This document shows, piece after piece, positions 10,403-17,898 of a stretch of DNA of 64,000 nt. Below the pieces are notes generated by a model, which saw only the letters and a list, made by a program, of their open reading frames with translations, ran no database searches and was not told the DNA's origin. The position numbers and the translations under genes were made by a program. The stretch lies in contig CP129473.1 in NCBI GenBank assembly GCA_030583745.1, forward strand, positions 76,551 to 140,550, written 5' to 3'. This DNA is from Minisyncoccota bacterium (GTDB lineage Bacteria; Patescibacteriota; Minisyncoccia; Phycocordibacterales; BOKC01). Positions within the stretch are counted from its first letter, which is position 1. The number at the start of each line of letters is the position of its first letter.

Positions 10403-11023
10403 TTGTCCGACTTTTGCCATTCTTTAGTAATGGAATTTGAATTTAAAGGTAAAACTCTGTCGTTTGATCCCAATAAGCCGAGAAACCGACCGGATTATTT
10501 GAAATGGATGTCTGACGAAGAGGTAAAAAAGTATCTGGATGGTCGTAAGTTGAATTTTGGCGTCTTAATAGCCAACCTTCTTTATGATAATAATGCTGGC
10601 AATATAATTCGTACCGCCAACGCTTTTGGGGCGAAAGAAATTATTCTCTACGGCCGGAAAAAATTTGATCGGCGGGCAAGTGTTGGCACCGAGTTTTATA
10701 TGAAGTTTAAGCACGTCAAATTTATTGAAGACTTGGATGAAATTTTTTCCGGCTACGACTTGGCGGTGGCGGCCGAAAACACGGAAGATTCAACGACGCT
10801 TAATGAATTTGAATGGGACGTTTCAAAAAAGACCTTACTTGTCTTTGGCCAAGAGAGCGATGGTATTCCTAAAGAAGTTTTGGAGAGGTGTGATTATAAA
10901 GTCCAAATTATCCAATTTGGTAGTGTCCGCTCACTTAACGTTTCAGTCGCCGCCGGAATAGTAATGCATGACTATTGCTTGAAAACCGGCGCACTCGATA
11001 AATTTAAAAAACAAACGTTCTAG
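10403..11023 (+). CDS. SpoU/TrmH-family RNA 2'-O-methyltransferase
   Basis: The SpoU motifs 'NAGNIIRTANAFG', 'LVFGQESDGIP' and 'QFGSVRSLNVSVAAGIVM' are present. Confidence 0.85.
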   Translation: MSDFCHSLVMEFEFKGKTLSFDPNKPRNRPDYLKWMSDEEVKKYLDGRKLNFGVLIANLLYDNNAGNIIRTANAFGAKEIILYGRKKFDRRASVGTEFYMKFKHVKFIEDLDEIFSGYDLAVAAENTEDSTTLNEFEWDVSKKTLLVFGQESDGIPKEVLERCDYKVQIIQFGSVRSLNVSVAAGIVMHDYCLKTGALDKFKKQTF

Positions 11024-11814
11024 AGAAAATTTGCGATTAAAAGCAAGATTCCGAAAAAGATAGCAAAATAACCAAAATTTATTTTTCTCGCTAGTCTAAG
11101 GAGTATGTCAATTGTCAGTATGCCGGCGAGAAAGGAGACGATGAGTGCAACAATGAGTTCTAAAGATACACTGAATGATCTAAAGTTTAAGAAAAGGTTG
11201 CCTAAAAAAACTATAGGTAAACTCAAAAGGAAACTCAAACGCAAAGCGGTTGTGTCATTAAATTTTTTCAAAAGCAGGGCGGAGACTGTCAATCCGGAGC
11301 GCGAAAGTCCCGGAACTACTGATAATCCTTGCATTATTCCCAAGGCAAGACCGTCCCAGATATTAAGATTTTTTTCTTCTTTCAGTCCGGTTTTTTTCGA
11401 GCTTAATTGTAAAGTTGCGGTTATAAAAAGCATCAGAGCGATTAGGGTATTTGCAAAGACACTGCCGAGCTTTAATTTTTCTTCAAACCTACCAATAAAT
11501 TGAAGTAGTAAAAATCCAAAAAGCCCGCTAACCAAGGTGGCTATAAAAATAAATCTAAAAATTTTACGGTCTTCTTCTGAAGATTCTTTCGGACGAAAGG
11601 CGGTTTTGGTCAGATTGAAAACATCTTTTCTGAAATAAACCAAGGCCGAAAGAAAAGTCCCGAAGTGTAAAAAGAGCGCCAACCTGATTAAGTCAACAAT
11701 AGTTTTATCTCCAGAAAAAAAATTGCTTTTTATAGCAACAATCAATCCTTCTGAGCTGATTGGGATCCATTCAGCTAGTCCTTGAGCTAGACCTAAAATA
11801 ACCGCTTCAAGCAT
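11020..11814 (-). CDS. uppP: undecaprenyl-diphosphatase UppP/BacA
   Basis: 'GLAQGLAEWIPISSEG' and 'PGLSRSGLTVSALLL' match the BacA signature. Confidence 0.9.
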   Translation of the reverse strand: MLEAVILGLAQGLAEWIPISSEGLIVAIKSNFFSGDKTIVDLIRLALFLHFGTFLSALVYFRKDVFNLTKTAFRPKESSEEDRKIFRFIFIATLVSGLFGFLLLQFIGRFEEKLKLGSVFANTLIALMLFITATLQLSSKKTGLKEEKNLNIWDGLALGIMQGLSVVPGLSRSGLTVSALLLKKFNDTTALRLSFLLSLPIVFLGNLFLNFRSFSVSLELIVALIVSFLAGILTIDILLRLARKINFGYFAIFFGILLLIANFL

Positions 11815-11903
11815 ACTTAAATTTTATCATAACTTTTTGCTGACTTTGCTTTAAATTACTCGTTTTGTTATAAATATGACAGACAAAGCACAAGGAGAAG
11901 AAG

Positions 11904-12404
11904 ATGCCGAATAGCGAAAATCTGATGGAAATCTTCGAAAGGCAGATAGGGGCTGGTTTCAGGTTTGTGGATAAGGTGGTTAAGATTGATAAGGATGAAG
12001 GAACTATAATCACAACATTCGACTACTCGCTTGAAGACGAATCCAAACACTTCCTGCGCGACCATTTTTTGGGTAGACCGGCCATGCCGCTTTCTCTCAT
12101 CATTGAGATGATGGCACAGACCTGCGGTTTGTTTGTTGCAGGTGTTCTCGGAAACGGCAAGTGTTTCGTTGTCCGTTATGACAAGTGTCAGTCCGGTAGC
12201 GAGCTCGTTACTCCGCCGGTTCAGCTAGTTATCACAGCGAATTTGTTGAAAAGGAGGGGGCGGGGCACTAGAAGCTTATGGATATTTGCCGTCAAGGTGG
12301 AAACTGATCAGGCGAAGAGTGTCGGCCAGGGCGAGATCACACTTTTCGCCGGAGTTGGTTCCTCGAGATCTTCGGAAGAGCTTCAAGACGAGATTCGAGA
12401 CTGA
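11904..12404 (+). CDS. FabZ/FabA-like hotdog-fold dehydratase
   Basis: 'FRFVDKVVKID…DHFLGRPAMPLSLIIEMMAQTCG' matches the FabZ active-site region 'HFPGxPVMPGVLxIEAMAQ'. Confidence 0.7.
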   Translation: MPNSENLMEIFERQIGAGFRFVDKVVKIDKDEGTIITTFDYSLEDESKHFLRDHFLGRPAMPLSLIIEMMAQTCGLFVAGVLGNGKCFVVRYDKCQSGSELVTPPVQLVITANLLKRRGRGTRSLWIFAVKVETDQAKSVGQGEITLFAGVGSSRSSEELQDEIRD

Positions 12405-12410
12405 AATCCC

Positions 12411-12445
12411 TCCCCGCGCCCACAAGGCGCGGGGATTTTGATTTT
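12411..12445 (+). terminator. intrinsic terminator after the FabZ-like gene
   Basis: The hairpin 'tccccgcgcc-cacaa-ggcgcgggga' is followed by 'ttttgatttt'. Confidence 0.7.
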
Positions 12446-12517
12446 ATATAGTCCCTCGGGGCAGAGCCACGAGGTAATGTCGGAATCCTCCGCCAGCTGG
12501 CGAACTACGTCACTTAT

Positions 12518-12760
12518 AAAAAGAAAAAGGCCCCACGCGCGACAGGATGACACGCGGGGGCCGGAGGGCTGGGCGGAAAGAAGGTAGAGGTTGGTTTGCG
12601 ATTCAGGAATCGCTCTAGAACGACTCAACCGTTTCGCTTTACCGCTACACCCGATCAATTTTTTTCATCGGGTGCCGGATTAACCGGAGGCGGCTCCTAT
12701 GGGGGACCGACCGCGACCTTTTTCCGCCCAAGCCCTAGGGAGGGTCTCTAATCTAATATT
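12518..12760 (-). ncRNA. candidate ~240-nt ncRNA (promoter to intrinsic terminator, no ORF)
   Basis: On the minus strand an extended -10 'TGTATAAT' lies at ~12768-12775 with 'TTGCTT' upstream. A GC-rich body follows with local hairpins (CCGGUUAAUCCGG, CCGAUGAAAAAAAUUGAUCGG, GAGCGAUUCCUGAAUCGC). It ends at a strong hairpin 'ggccccacgcgcgacagg…cgcgggggcc' plus a U-tract at 12518-12562. No family was recognised. Confidence 0.35.
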
Positions 12761-12828
12761 ATACATATCCTGTAAAAAAAGCAACTCCAGACTCTTTTTA
12801 AACCTCAATTAGTATCGATAGTAGGATT

Positions 12829-12936
12829 TCAGAAGAGCTGGAAAATCAACCATGCCAAGGAGTAAACAGTGGCACCTATGGCAAATCCGGTGATCTTCCG
12901 CCTGATGATTTCTGATGCACTGTGTGGGGCGTTCAT
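12829..12936 (-). CDS. small hydrophobic peptide (35 aa) with strong RBS
   Basis: 'AAGAGGAGAGAGAA-ATG' gives MNAPHSASEIIRRKITGFAIGATVYSLAWLIFQLF, which has one predicted TM segment. It is below the 60-aa ORF-track cutoff. Confidence 0.4.
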   Translation of the reverse strand: MNAPHSASEIIRRKITGFAIGATVYSLAWLIFQLF

Positions 12937-13010
12937 TTCTCTCTCCTCTTTTATTTAAGGATGTCTTTTGAAGAACACTTGCGATATTGTATTTGAAATA
13001 TTAAAAATTT

Positions 13011-13062
13011 CAAGAGAAAAACCCGCCATCGTGTGCGCCTACAAGTCGCGAGCGATGGCGGG
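13011..13062 (-). terminator. intrinsic terminator (minus strand)
   Basis: The stem 'cccgccatcg…cgatggcggg' is followed on the minus strand by 'tttttctcttg'. Confidence 0.55.
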
Positions 13063-13192
13063 TTAAAGGGACGGGCCGAAGAATTACACTGGCGGAAAGG
13101 GGGATAGACTGGGGTGTTTTTGTCTTCCCCCGCCGTATCGTAGTGGGGGTGGAACGATATTCCGCCAGATTCTTTCGGCCCCTGGTTCCTCT

Positions 13193-13531
13193 TTAGTCTT
13201 CGACGACCCTCCTGACGACTCCATCACAGACCAGCCACTGTTTCGGCAGGTTTCGGTCGTCGTATAGTTCATCAATCCGAACCACCAAGAGGCGGCTTTC
13301 ATCTGCTTTGAATTTGAAAACCGCTACACTGTTTGGTTCAGACGGGAAGTCTCGGCCGTGTTTTTTCTCGTATTCCGAGACGGCCGAAAATGCTGCAGTA
13401 GCACTGTTTTTGACTGTCGGACTCTTTTCGATGAGGTTGATACTTTGCCAGATGACGTGGCCCATTGCCAGTATCAAAATAACGACAATGACGATGTTTA
13501 TCACGATCGTCGGGTTAGATTTTCTTCGCAT
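13193..13531 (-). CDS. membrane-anchored hypothetical protein (112 aa)
   Basis: A strong RBS 'GGGAGGCAAAAATG' precedes the start. An N-terminal TM segment 'IVINIVIVVILILAMGHVIW' is followed by a soluble domain. Confidence 0.55.
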   Translation of the reverse strand: MRRKSNPTIVINIVIVVILILAMGHVIWQSINLIEKSPTVKNSATAAFSAVSEYEKKHGRDFPSEPNSVAVFKFKADESRLLVVRIDELYDDRNLPKQWLVCDGVVRRVVED

Positions 13532-13600
13532 TTTTGCCTCCCGTTCGTGTGTGTTTGTGTACAGAAATCTACACTCTTTATATCATTTTCTAGAAAAAAG

Positions 13601-13658
13601 AAAAACCCGTCCTGGCGGGTGGGCTGGGGGAGATGGGCAAGTGCCCGACCAGGACGGG
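13601..13658 (-). terminator. intrinsic terminator after the DUF167 gene
   Basis: A 10-bp stem 'cccgtcctgg/ccaggacggg' is followed on the minus strand by 'tttttcttttttc'. Confidence 0.55.
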
Positions 13659-13787
13659 TTGAAATGGGGGGCTACGAACCGGGGAGTTGGAATGGGCGAC
13701 ACAGTCGAATTAGTGTGTCGTTTTCCCACGGCGCCCCCTTTCTAAAGTGATAATAACAAATTATGTTTTAAAGACAAGTGGGGTGTG

Positions 13788-14066
13788 TCAGAAACTGATC
13801 AAGACAATTTTGTTTGGTTGGCGCTGACCTTTTGTAATTTTTAGCTTTCTTATAGGTAGGTTTAGATGTTCAGCAAGGAGAGCTAGCATTTTTTTGTTGG
13901 CCAAATTATTTTCCGGTTTTTCTCTGACAAAACACTGAAATCTGCCTTCTGAAATTTTTTCCAACTTGTCTTTTTTTGCGTTGGTGAAAACCTTTACTTT
14001 AAGATGCATATGTTCACATTTTAACTCAATTTTGATATTATCTTTTGGTTCTTTGATATAAAACAT
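13788..14066 (-). CDS. DUF167/YggU-family protein
   Basis: 'KVKVFTNAKKDKLE…NNLANKKMLALLAEHLNLPIRKLKITKGQRQPNKIVLI' matches the YggU pattern (…GKAN.ali.fla…v.iv.G…K.v.i). Confidence 0.75.
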   Translation of the reverse strand: MFYIKEPKDNIKIELKCEHMHLKVKVFTNAKKDKLEKISEGRFQCFVREKPENNLANKKMLALLAEHLNLPIRKLKITKGQRQPNKIVLISF

Positions 14067-14141
14067 TCCGGCGTAGCTCAGTGGTAGAGCAAGCGACTGT
14101 TAATCGCTGGGTCGTAGGTTCGAATCCTACCGCCGGAGCCA
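14066..14141 (+). tRNA. tRNA-Asn (GUU)
   Basis: It folds as a cloverleaf with acceptor UCCGGCG/CGCCGGA, D-arm GCUC…GAGC, anticodon stem AGCGA/UCGCU with loop CUGUUAA (GUU), T-arm GUAGG-UUCGAAU-CCUAC, discriminator G and an encoded CCA. Confidence 0.9.
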
Positions 14142-14180
14142 ATAATAAAATCCTTCCCTTTTTGGGAGGGATTTTATTAT
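14141..14180 (+). terminator. long hairpin immediately 3' of tRNA-Asn
   Basis: 'aataataaaatccttccc-ttttt-gggagggattttattatt' forms an ~18-bp stem. Confidence 0.6.
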
Positions 14181-14390
14181 TGGCTCCCGAATTAAAACCT
14201 TCGCAAACTTTTGAAATTATTTTGCCAAATTTGATACACAAATCCAAAAAGCGAAATCTGAAATGATGCGCCCCGCCACTATTTTTCTGGGGTAAAGGAG
14301 GCGGGGCGATGGACTCGCCCGCGCGGAGGAGGGGTCTGGGGAGGAATCCGCGCGGGCTTCGGCTTTCTTTTTCGAAAGAATTGGCGGCTA
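14180..14390 (+). repeat. inverted repeat copy A (211 bp)
   Basis: It is ~97% identical (7 mismatches) to the reverse complement of 16305-16514. The internal hairpin 'gcgccccgccac…ggcggggcg' is present. Confidence 0.9.
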
Positions 14391-14468
14391 CAAATTGAAG
14401 AAAGAAGAAATTCATGTTAGTATAGTTGTGAGGGTTAAGTTCAACGCTCATACTTATACTATCATACT

Positions 14469-14681
14469 ATGGAAAGTAAGAACAACAGACAAATTGGGGA
14501 TAAAATAAAAGCCATGCGCACAAAGCAAGGATTGACGCAAGACGCTCTTGCGAGAAAATGCGATATTCCCTATACAACACTGACAAAGATTGAATCAAAT
14601 GTGATAAAAAAACCCTCAATTCAAACAGTTACCAAGATTGCCGAGGGGTTAGGAATAAGTATTGACGATTTAATTAAATAA
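14469..14681 (+). CDS. XRE-family HTH transcriptional regulator
   Basis: 'IGDKIKAMRTKQGLTQDALARKCDIPYTTLTKIESN' is an HTH_3 helix-turn-helix. Confidence 0.85.
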   Translation: MESKNNRQIGDKIKAMRTKQGLTQDALARKCDIPYTTLTKIESNVIKKPSIQTVTKIAEGLGISIDDLIK

Positions 14682-14682
14682 C

Positions 14683-15282
14683 ATGAATTCAATTTGTATT
14701 TTTGGAGACAGTACCGCTTGGGGTGCTTGGGATATGAAGAAAGGTGGTTGGGCAAATCGTCTATGGCTTTACGCTGGTAAGAAAACTGATGGTGAATGCG
14801 AAATTTACAATTTAAGTATTTCTGGTGGCACAACAGAAACGATACTTGAAAGGTTTGAGTCCGAAGCGAAAATCCGCGAAGCGGACGCCCTCATTTTCCA
14901 GTCCGGCGGCAATGATTCCTATCTAAAAGGCAAGAATGGCCCCAATCAAATTCCAGTTGATCAATTTAGGAAAAATCTGCAGGAAATAATCAGGAAAGCC
15001 AAAAATATCACACCAAACATAATTTTCATCGGCTTCAAAAATGTTGACGAGACAAAAACAATGCCGGTCTCATGGAAAGATATTTACTACGTCAACGCCG
15101 AAATCAAAAAGTACGACGAGATTATGAAAGATGTTTGCAAAGAAAACAACATTCCGTACTTGGATATTTTTGGCCTTCTCAAAAATGAGGATTTTGAGGA
15201 TGGTCTTCACCCCAATACTTTAGGGCATAAGAAAATTTTTGAGAAAGTGAAAAACTTTCTTGAAGAAAATAAATGGATATGA
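14683..15282 (+). CDS. SGNH/GDSL hydrolase
   Basis: Block I 'ICIFGDSTAWG', block III 'SGGND' and block V 'DGLHPN' are present. Confidence 0.85.
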   Translation: MNSICIFGDSTAWGAWDMKKGGWANRLWLYAGKKTDGECEIYNLSISGGTTETILERFESEAKIREADALIFQSGGNDSYLKGKNGPNQIPVDQFRKNLQEIIRKAKNITPNIIFIGFKNVDETKTMPVSWKDIYYVNAEIKKYDEIMKDVCKENNIPYLDIFGLLKNEDFEDGLHPNTLGHKKIFEKVKNFLEENKWI

Positions 15283-15602
15283 ATACGAAGAATGTAAAAT
15301 TTGTAGTTTTTGTTCCGCTTTCGCACGCTGATATCGTACGACAAGCGCTCGGCAAAGCCGGAGCAGGCAAAATCGGCAACTATGACTTCTGCTCATTTTC
15401 TTCTCGCGGAATCGGCCGCTTTCGCGGAAACAAAAAGACAAACCCCGCTATCGGCGAGGCAGGAAAATATGAGGTGGTAGAGGAAGAACGAATTGAGGCA
15501 GTCGTGCCACGAGAGATTTTGGGGGGAGTCATTGAGAAAGTGAAAAGCGTCCACCCATACGAAGAAGTCGCTTTTGATATTTACCCGCTAGAAAACTACT
15601 AG
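15273..15602 (+). CDS. NIF3-like small protein (C-terminal 'HPYEEVAFDIYPLEN' motif)
   Basis: The 'VHPYEEVAFDIYPLEN' terminus is typical of NIF3/YqfO-family C-termini. The protein is only 109 aa. Confidence 0.5.
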   Translation: MDMNTKNVKFVVFVPLSHADIVRQALGKAGAGKIGNYDFCSFSSRGIGRFRGNKKTNPAIGEAGKYEVVEEERIEAVVPREILGGVIEKVKSVHPYEEVAFDIYPLENY

Positions 15603-15605
15603 ATT

Positions 15606-16307
15606 ATGGCAACAATTCACAAAAAAGTTTGGCGAGAATACTTTGAGAAAATTATTTCCGGCAAGAAAAAGCTGGAGTTGCGCCTTGCCGATTTTGAGAT
15701 AAACGAGGGTGATACTTTGATTTTGGAGGAATGGGACAAAGATAAAAAAGAATATACTGGCAGAAAATTTGAAGCTGTTGCTACCTATATTCTCAAAACC
15801 AAAGACCAAACTTTTTGGTCGCAGGAGGAAGTAGAAAAGCATGGTTTTCAGATTATCCAATTTGAGCCGAAAGACAGCCTTGCTCAACGTCCGAAAGTTG
15901 GTGTTGGCGTGATGATTTTGAAGGAAAATAAAATTTTGCTAGGAAAGCGAAAAGGTTCGCATGGCGAGGGCGAGTATGCCTTCCCCGGCGGCCATTTGGA
16001 ATACATGGAATCTTTTGCGGATTGTGCTCGGCGCGAAGTGAATGAGGAATGTGGAATTGAGATTGAAAATATCCATTTCCAATATTTGGCGAATATCATA
16101 AAGTACGCGCCGAAGCACTATACGCATATCGGTCTTGTGGCAGATTGGAAAAGCGGTGAGCCAAAAGTTTTAGAACCGGAAAAATCAGAATCGTGGGGTT
16201 GGTATGAAATAGACAACTTGCCTCTACCGATTTTTGAGATGTGCAAGTTGGCTGTTCAATGCCACAAGACCGGAAAGAATTATTTGGATGTTTCCGATTT
16301 GAAATAG
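15606..16307 (+). CDS. ASCH-domain / NUDIX hydrolase fusion protein
   Basis: The N-terminal ASCH-like part is 'KVWREYFEKIISGKKKLELR'. The C-terminal Nudix box is 'GGHLEYMESFADCARREVNEECGIE'. Confidence 0.8.
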   Translation: MATIHKKVWREYFEKIISGKKKLELRLADFEINEGDTLILEEWDKDKKEYTGRKFEAVATYILKTKDQTFWSQEEVEKHGFQIIQFEPKDSLAQRPKVGVGVMILKENKILLGKRKGSHGEGEYAFPGGHLEYMESFADCARREVNEECGIEIENIHFQYLANIIKYAPKHYTHIGLVADWKSGEPKVLEPEKSESWGWYEIDNLPLPIFEMCKLAVQCHKTGKNYLDVSDLK

Positions 16308-16514
16308 CCGCCAATTCTTTCGAAAAAGAAAGCCGAAGCCCGCGCGGATTCCTCCCCAGACCCCTCCTCCGCGCGGACAAGTCCGTCGCCCCGCCTCCTT
16401 TGCCCCAGAAAAATAGTGGCGGGGCGCATCATTTCAGATTTCGCTTTTTAGATTTGTGTATCAGATTTGGCAAAATGATTTCAAAAGTTTGCGAAGGTTT
16501 TAATTCGGGAGCCA
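16305..16514 (-). repeat. inverted repeat copy B (210 bp)
   Basis: It is the reverse complement of copy A. Its outer end 'aattcgggagccaa' mimics the tRNA-Asn 3' end. Confidence 0.9.
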
Positions 16515-16618
16515 AGAAACTAGATACGAACTCATTTTTTGAATATGAGAGTGTTCGCTCCGCCTTCGCTAAAGCTATGACGGACACGCCGTCTAGCCCC
16601 GAGAGTGGCGGGGCTGTT

Positions 16619-16645
16619 GAGGCACAGCAAGGAAATTCCTTGATA
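16619..16645 (+). promoter_or_regulatory. 27-bp motif copy 1 with palindrome CAAGGA-AAT-TCCTTG
   Basis: 'gaggcacagcaaggaaattccttgata' repeats exactly at 17306-17332. Each copy sits ~50-80 bp upstream of a consensus promoter. Confidence 0.6.
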
Positions 16646-16696
16646 TTATGTCATACGACAGGTTGTTTGAGTTTCGAGATTCACGGTAACCCATAC

Positions 16697-16725
16697 TTGA
16701 CATAATCCATGTAATGGTGTATACT
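16697..16725 (+). promoter_or_regulatory. sigma-70 promoter (TTGACA-17-TATACT)
   Basis: This is a perfect -35 with 17-nt spacing and a near-consensus -10, upstream of the 16837 gene. An RBS 'AAAGGAG' precedes the ATG. Confidence 0.7.
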
Positions 16726-16836
16726 GGTATCAGATTCTTAGTCGTATGACTAAGTCGTCTCTTGCACCGAAAGGTGGGAGGTAAGGGAGTATGTGGGTTC
16801 TCCATTTAACCCATAGTTCAATGAAAGGAGTGTCGT

Positions 16837-17241
16837 ATGACACGCAATAGAATCATCAACGCCCCGTCCAAGTTCGACCTCAGCATCGCCTTCTTCGATC
16901 GGCCAAATCCCGAGCAGCTCGGTGGCCGTCGGTCGGTGACCTTCACCATCGAGGGTCCCAGCTGTCCGAACGGCCAGCGCCAGATCGAAGTCGTCATCAA
17001 CCACATCTCGTGGGAAGACGGCTCCGGTGAGAGCTGGTGCTTCGAGGGATACTGTAAGACCGATGTCGGCCAGCCTCAAAACTCGACTGCCGAGGTCAAG
17101 GGTTGGTTCCGGACTTCGGACCGCAAGGGTTGGATCAACATCGACGCGTCTGCTCAAAGCAATACGAGCGGGACTGCTGGTCAGGGTGACTCTGGCCTTC
17201 GCAACGTGATCGATCAGATCGCCACGCAGCGGAATCAGTAA
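16837..17241 (+). CDS. GC-rich hypothetical protein (134 aa)
   Basis: The gene is ~58% GC with its own promoter, RBS and terminator. No family was recognised. Confidence 0.6.
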   Translation: MTRNRIINAPSKFDLSIAFFDRPNPEQLGGRRSVTFTIEGPSCPNGQRQIEVVINHISWEDGSGESWCFEGYCKTDVGQPQNSTAEVKGWFRTSDRKGWINIDASAQSNTSGTAGQGDSGLRNVIDQIATQRNQ

Positions 17242-17256
17242 GCGTTGAGAAATTCA

Positions 17257-17296
17257 GGGCGACCAAGGCAATAGCCAAGGTCGCCCTTTCTCTTTA
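17257..17296 (+). terminator. intrinsic terminator
   Basis: The stem 'agggcgacc…ggtcgccct' is followed by 'ttctcttt'. Confidence 0.65.
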
Positions 17297-17305
17297 TTTA
17301 TACTC

Positions 17306-17332
17306 GAGGCACAGCAAGGAAATTCCTTGATA
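17306..17332 (+). promoter_or_regulatory. 27-bp motif copy 2
   Basis: It is identical to 16619-16645. Confidence 0.6.
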
Positions 17333-17359
17333 CGCTGTTATTGGGATATTACGCATTAC

Positions 17360-17388
17360 TTGACAGTATTCGTATAGTATGCTAGCAT
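17360..17388 (+). promoter_or_regulatory. sigma-70 promoter (TTGACA-17-TAGCAT)
   Basis: It lies upstream of the 17432 gene. An RBS 'AAGGAAAGGAG' precedes the ATG. Confidence 0.55.
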
Positions 17389-17431
17389 CTATATTAGACA
17401 CAAACACTGCAACCAAGGAAAGGAGTGATAA

Positions 17432-17671
17432 ATGCGTAAGTTCACACTTCACTGTCTCGGCGGAAAGACCGAGGGAGTCGAAGGGACAGACATCGCCGAC
17501 GCTTGCCGTAGGGCTGGCATCGGTGCGGGAGACCTTCCTGCTCTCGACTACTTCGAGGAGAAGGGTGAGAAGACCCAGGTCGCTGGTGCATCCAGTTCCT
17601 GTGGGTGCTGGTATCACGCAGAAGAAGGAACTGCGTGCCAGCACGACCTCGAGGTGGTTGGGCTCAAGTAG
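17432..17671 (+). CDS. GC-rich Cys-containing small protein (79 aa)
   Basis: The gene is ~60% GC. The product has 6 Cys, including 'SSSCGCWYH'. It has its own promoter, RBS and terminator. Confidence 0.55.
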   Translation: MRKFTLHCLGGKTEGVEGTDIADACRRAGIGAGDLPALDYFEEKGEKTQVAGASSSCGCWYHAEEGTACQHDLEVVGLK

Positions 17672-17678
17672 CTCTCTC

Positions 17679-17728
17679 CGCCCCGACAAAGAGATTCGTC
17701 TCTGCGTCAGGGGCGGATTTCTTTTTAT
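17679..17728 (+). terminator. intrinsic terminator
   Basis: The stem 'ccgccccgac…gtcaggggcgg' is followed by 'atttctttttat'. Confidence 0.65.
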
Positions 17729-17898
17729 GGAATTAGTTCTGAAGAATAGCACTTAGAACCATCTCTAAAATCCCACTAAACTGCAATTCACTCTTTATCT
17801 TCCTCCAATTTGCAGTTCTGAACTTGTCCAGCAAGGGGAGCCATTACAAATCGAAGTAAAATGTCTTTTTATTTTCATTTTTGCTAATATAGATCAGT

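Larger units (their letters stand above)
14142..17728. mobile_element. tRNA-Asn-adjacent accessory region: IR-bounded cassette plus two GC-rich genes
   Basis: It starts at the tRNA 3' end and contains 210-bp inverted repeats. The distal repeat ends in 'GGGAGCCAA', which resembles the tRNA 3' end 'CGGAGCCAA'. The following genes are ~58% GC, whereas the background is ~38%. Confidence 0.45.

Noticed and set aside
12440-12760. tmRNA / RNase P / SRP RNA assignment for the GC-rich ncRNA candidate
   Set aside because: None of the diagnostic motifs were found by eye: tmRNA 5' GGGG with 3' T-arm-CCA, RNase P GGAAAGUCCGG/ACAGAA, or SRP domain IV GGAA. A covariance-model search is needed.
14038-16705. 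ORFs 14038..14451 (-) and 16241..16705 (+) sharing 'SFEKESRSPRGFLPRPLLRA…HHFRFRFLDLCI' peptides
   Set aside because: They arise because both span the 210-bp inverted repeat copies. They overlap tRNA-Asn and the hairpin terminators, so they are spurious.
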